A stretch of DNA of 64,000 nucleotides from Mustelus asterias (lineage: Eukaryota): positions 1-64,000 of the forward strand of contig NW_027590242.1 of NCBI RefSeq assembly GCF_964213995.1, written 5' to 3'. Shown one piece after another: positions 63,549 through 64,000 of this stretch. The position numbers and the translations under genes were made by a program. The notes under the pieces were generated by a model. The model was not told where the DNA came from. It searched no databases and saw only the letters and a program-made list of their open reading frames with translations. Every line of letters begins with the position of its first letter. The stretch's first letter is position 1.

Positions 63549-64000
63549 TTTCGAAATGGGTTAATTTCAAATGATTCAGATTTATTCTTGCTTTTCACGA
63601 AACATTGATTGAACGGTTGAGGTTTTGTGGCATTTAAAATGGGAATCACTCAGTAAAGAGATTAAAAGGGAAGGTCTGTGATAGAGAGCATAACAGGATG
63701 GGTTAACTGACACAAGGAATGATGGACAAGGGCAACATTGGGTGGTTCCCAATATTTTTATACTTTGCTGCTTTTATGGGTGAACTCCAGCTCTCCATTC
63801 CTCCGGCAATTTCACCTCTCAAACTGAGACTTTCTCCATCCCGCTTTGTTAATCCCACAGTTACTTCTTTCTGAATGAAAACTGCTTGCAATCAGTCGAA
63901 GTCAAATAGTTTTGTGCTTCATTCAGCGAGAAGTTTTCTTATCATTTAGCCCGATATTTTTATCCAGAAATGAGTGAAATTTGTGCCAATGCAAACGGTT

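Overview
Vertebrate genomic DNA, very probably from a cartilaginous fish (shark-type HE1/V-SINEs and HER1/CR1-type LINE tails). (1) 1-9643 is the 3' ~9.6 kb of a decayed class I (gamma/epsilon-type Env) endogenous retrovirus. It runs from the gag zinc knuckles through pro, pol (RT, RNase H, IN), a 2.7 kb mostly non-coding insert, a second copy of the integrase C-terminus, env, the PPT and a 675-bp 3' LTR. (2) 9644-64000 is part of a T-cell receptor alpha/delta V-segment array. It holds seven V segments in mixed orientation: one fully intact with a canonical 23-RSS, one open but with a 9-aa deletion, and five pseudogenes or relics. The V segments are interleaved with a dense, repeatedly duplicated cluster of tRNA genes and pseudogenes (Ile-TAT with intron, Asn, Glu, Gln, Val, Leu, Pro, Ser), CTCF-like motifs and Rex1/Babar, CR1, RTE, Penelope and SINE insertions. 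The most unusual items are a tandem pair of ~320-345-bp highly structured retroposed elements with U2 snRNA heads and 15-bp target duplications, the tRNA/TCR-V mosaic itself, a tRNA-Pro with an intron-like insert, and an intronless leader-V segment. All calls were made by eye and no database searches were run. Most short ORFs in the supplied track are spurious.
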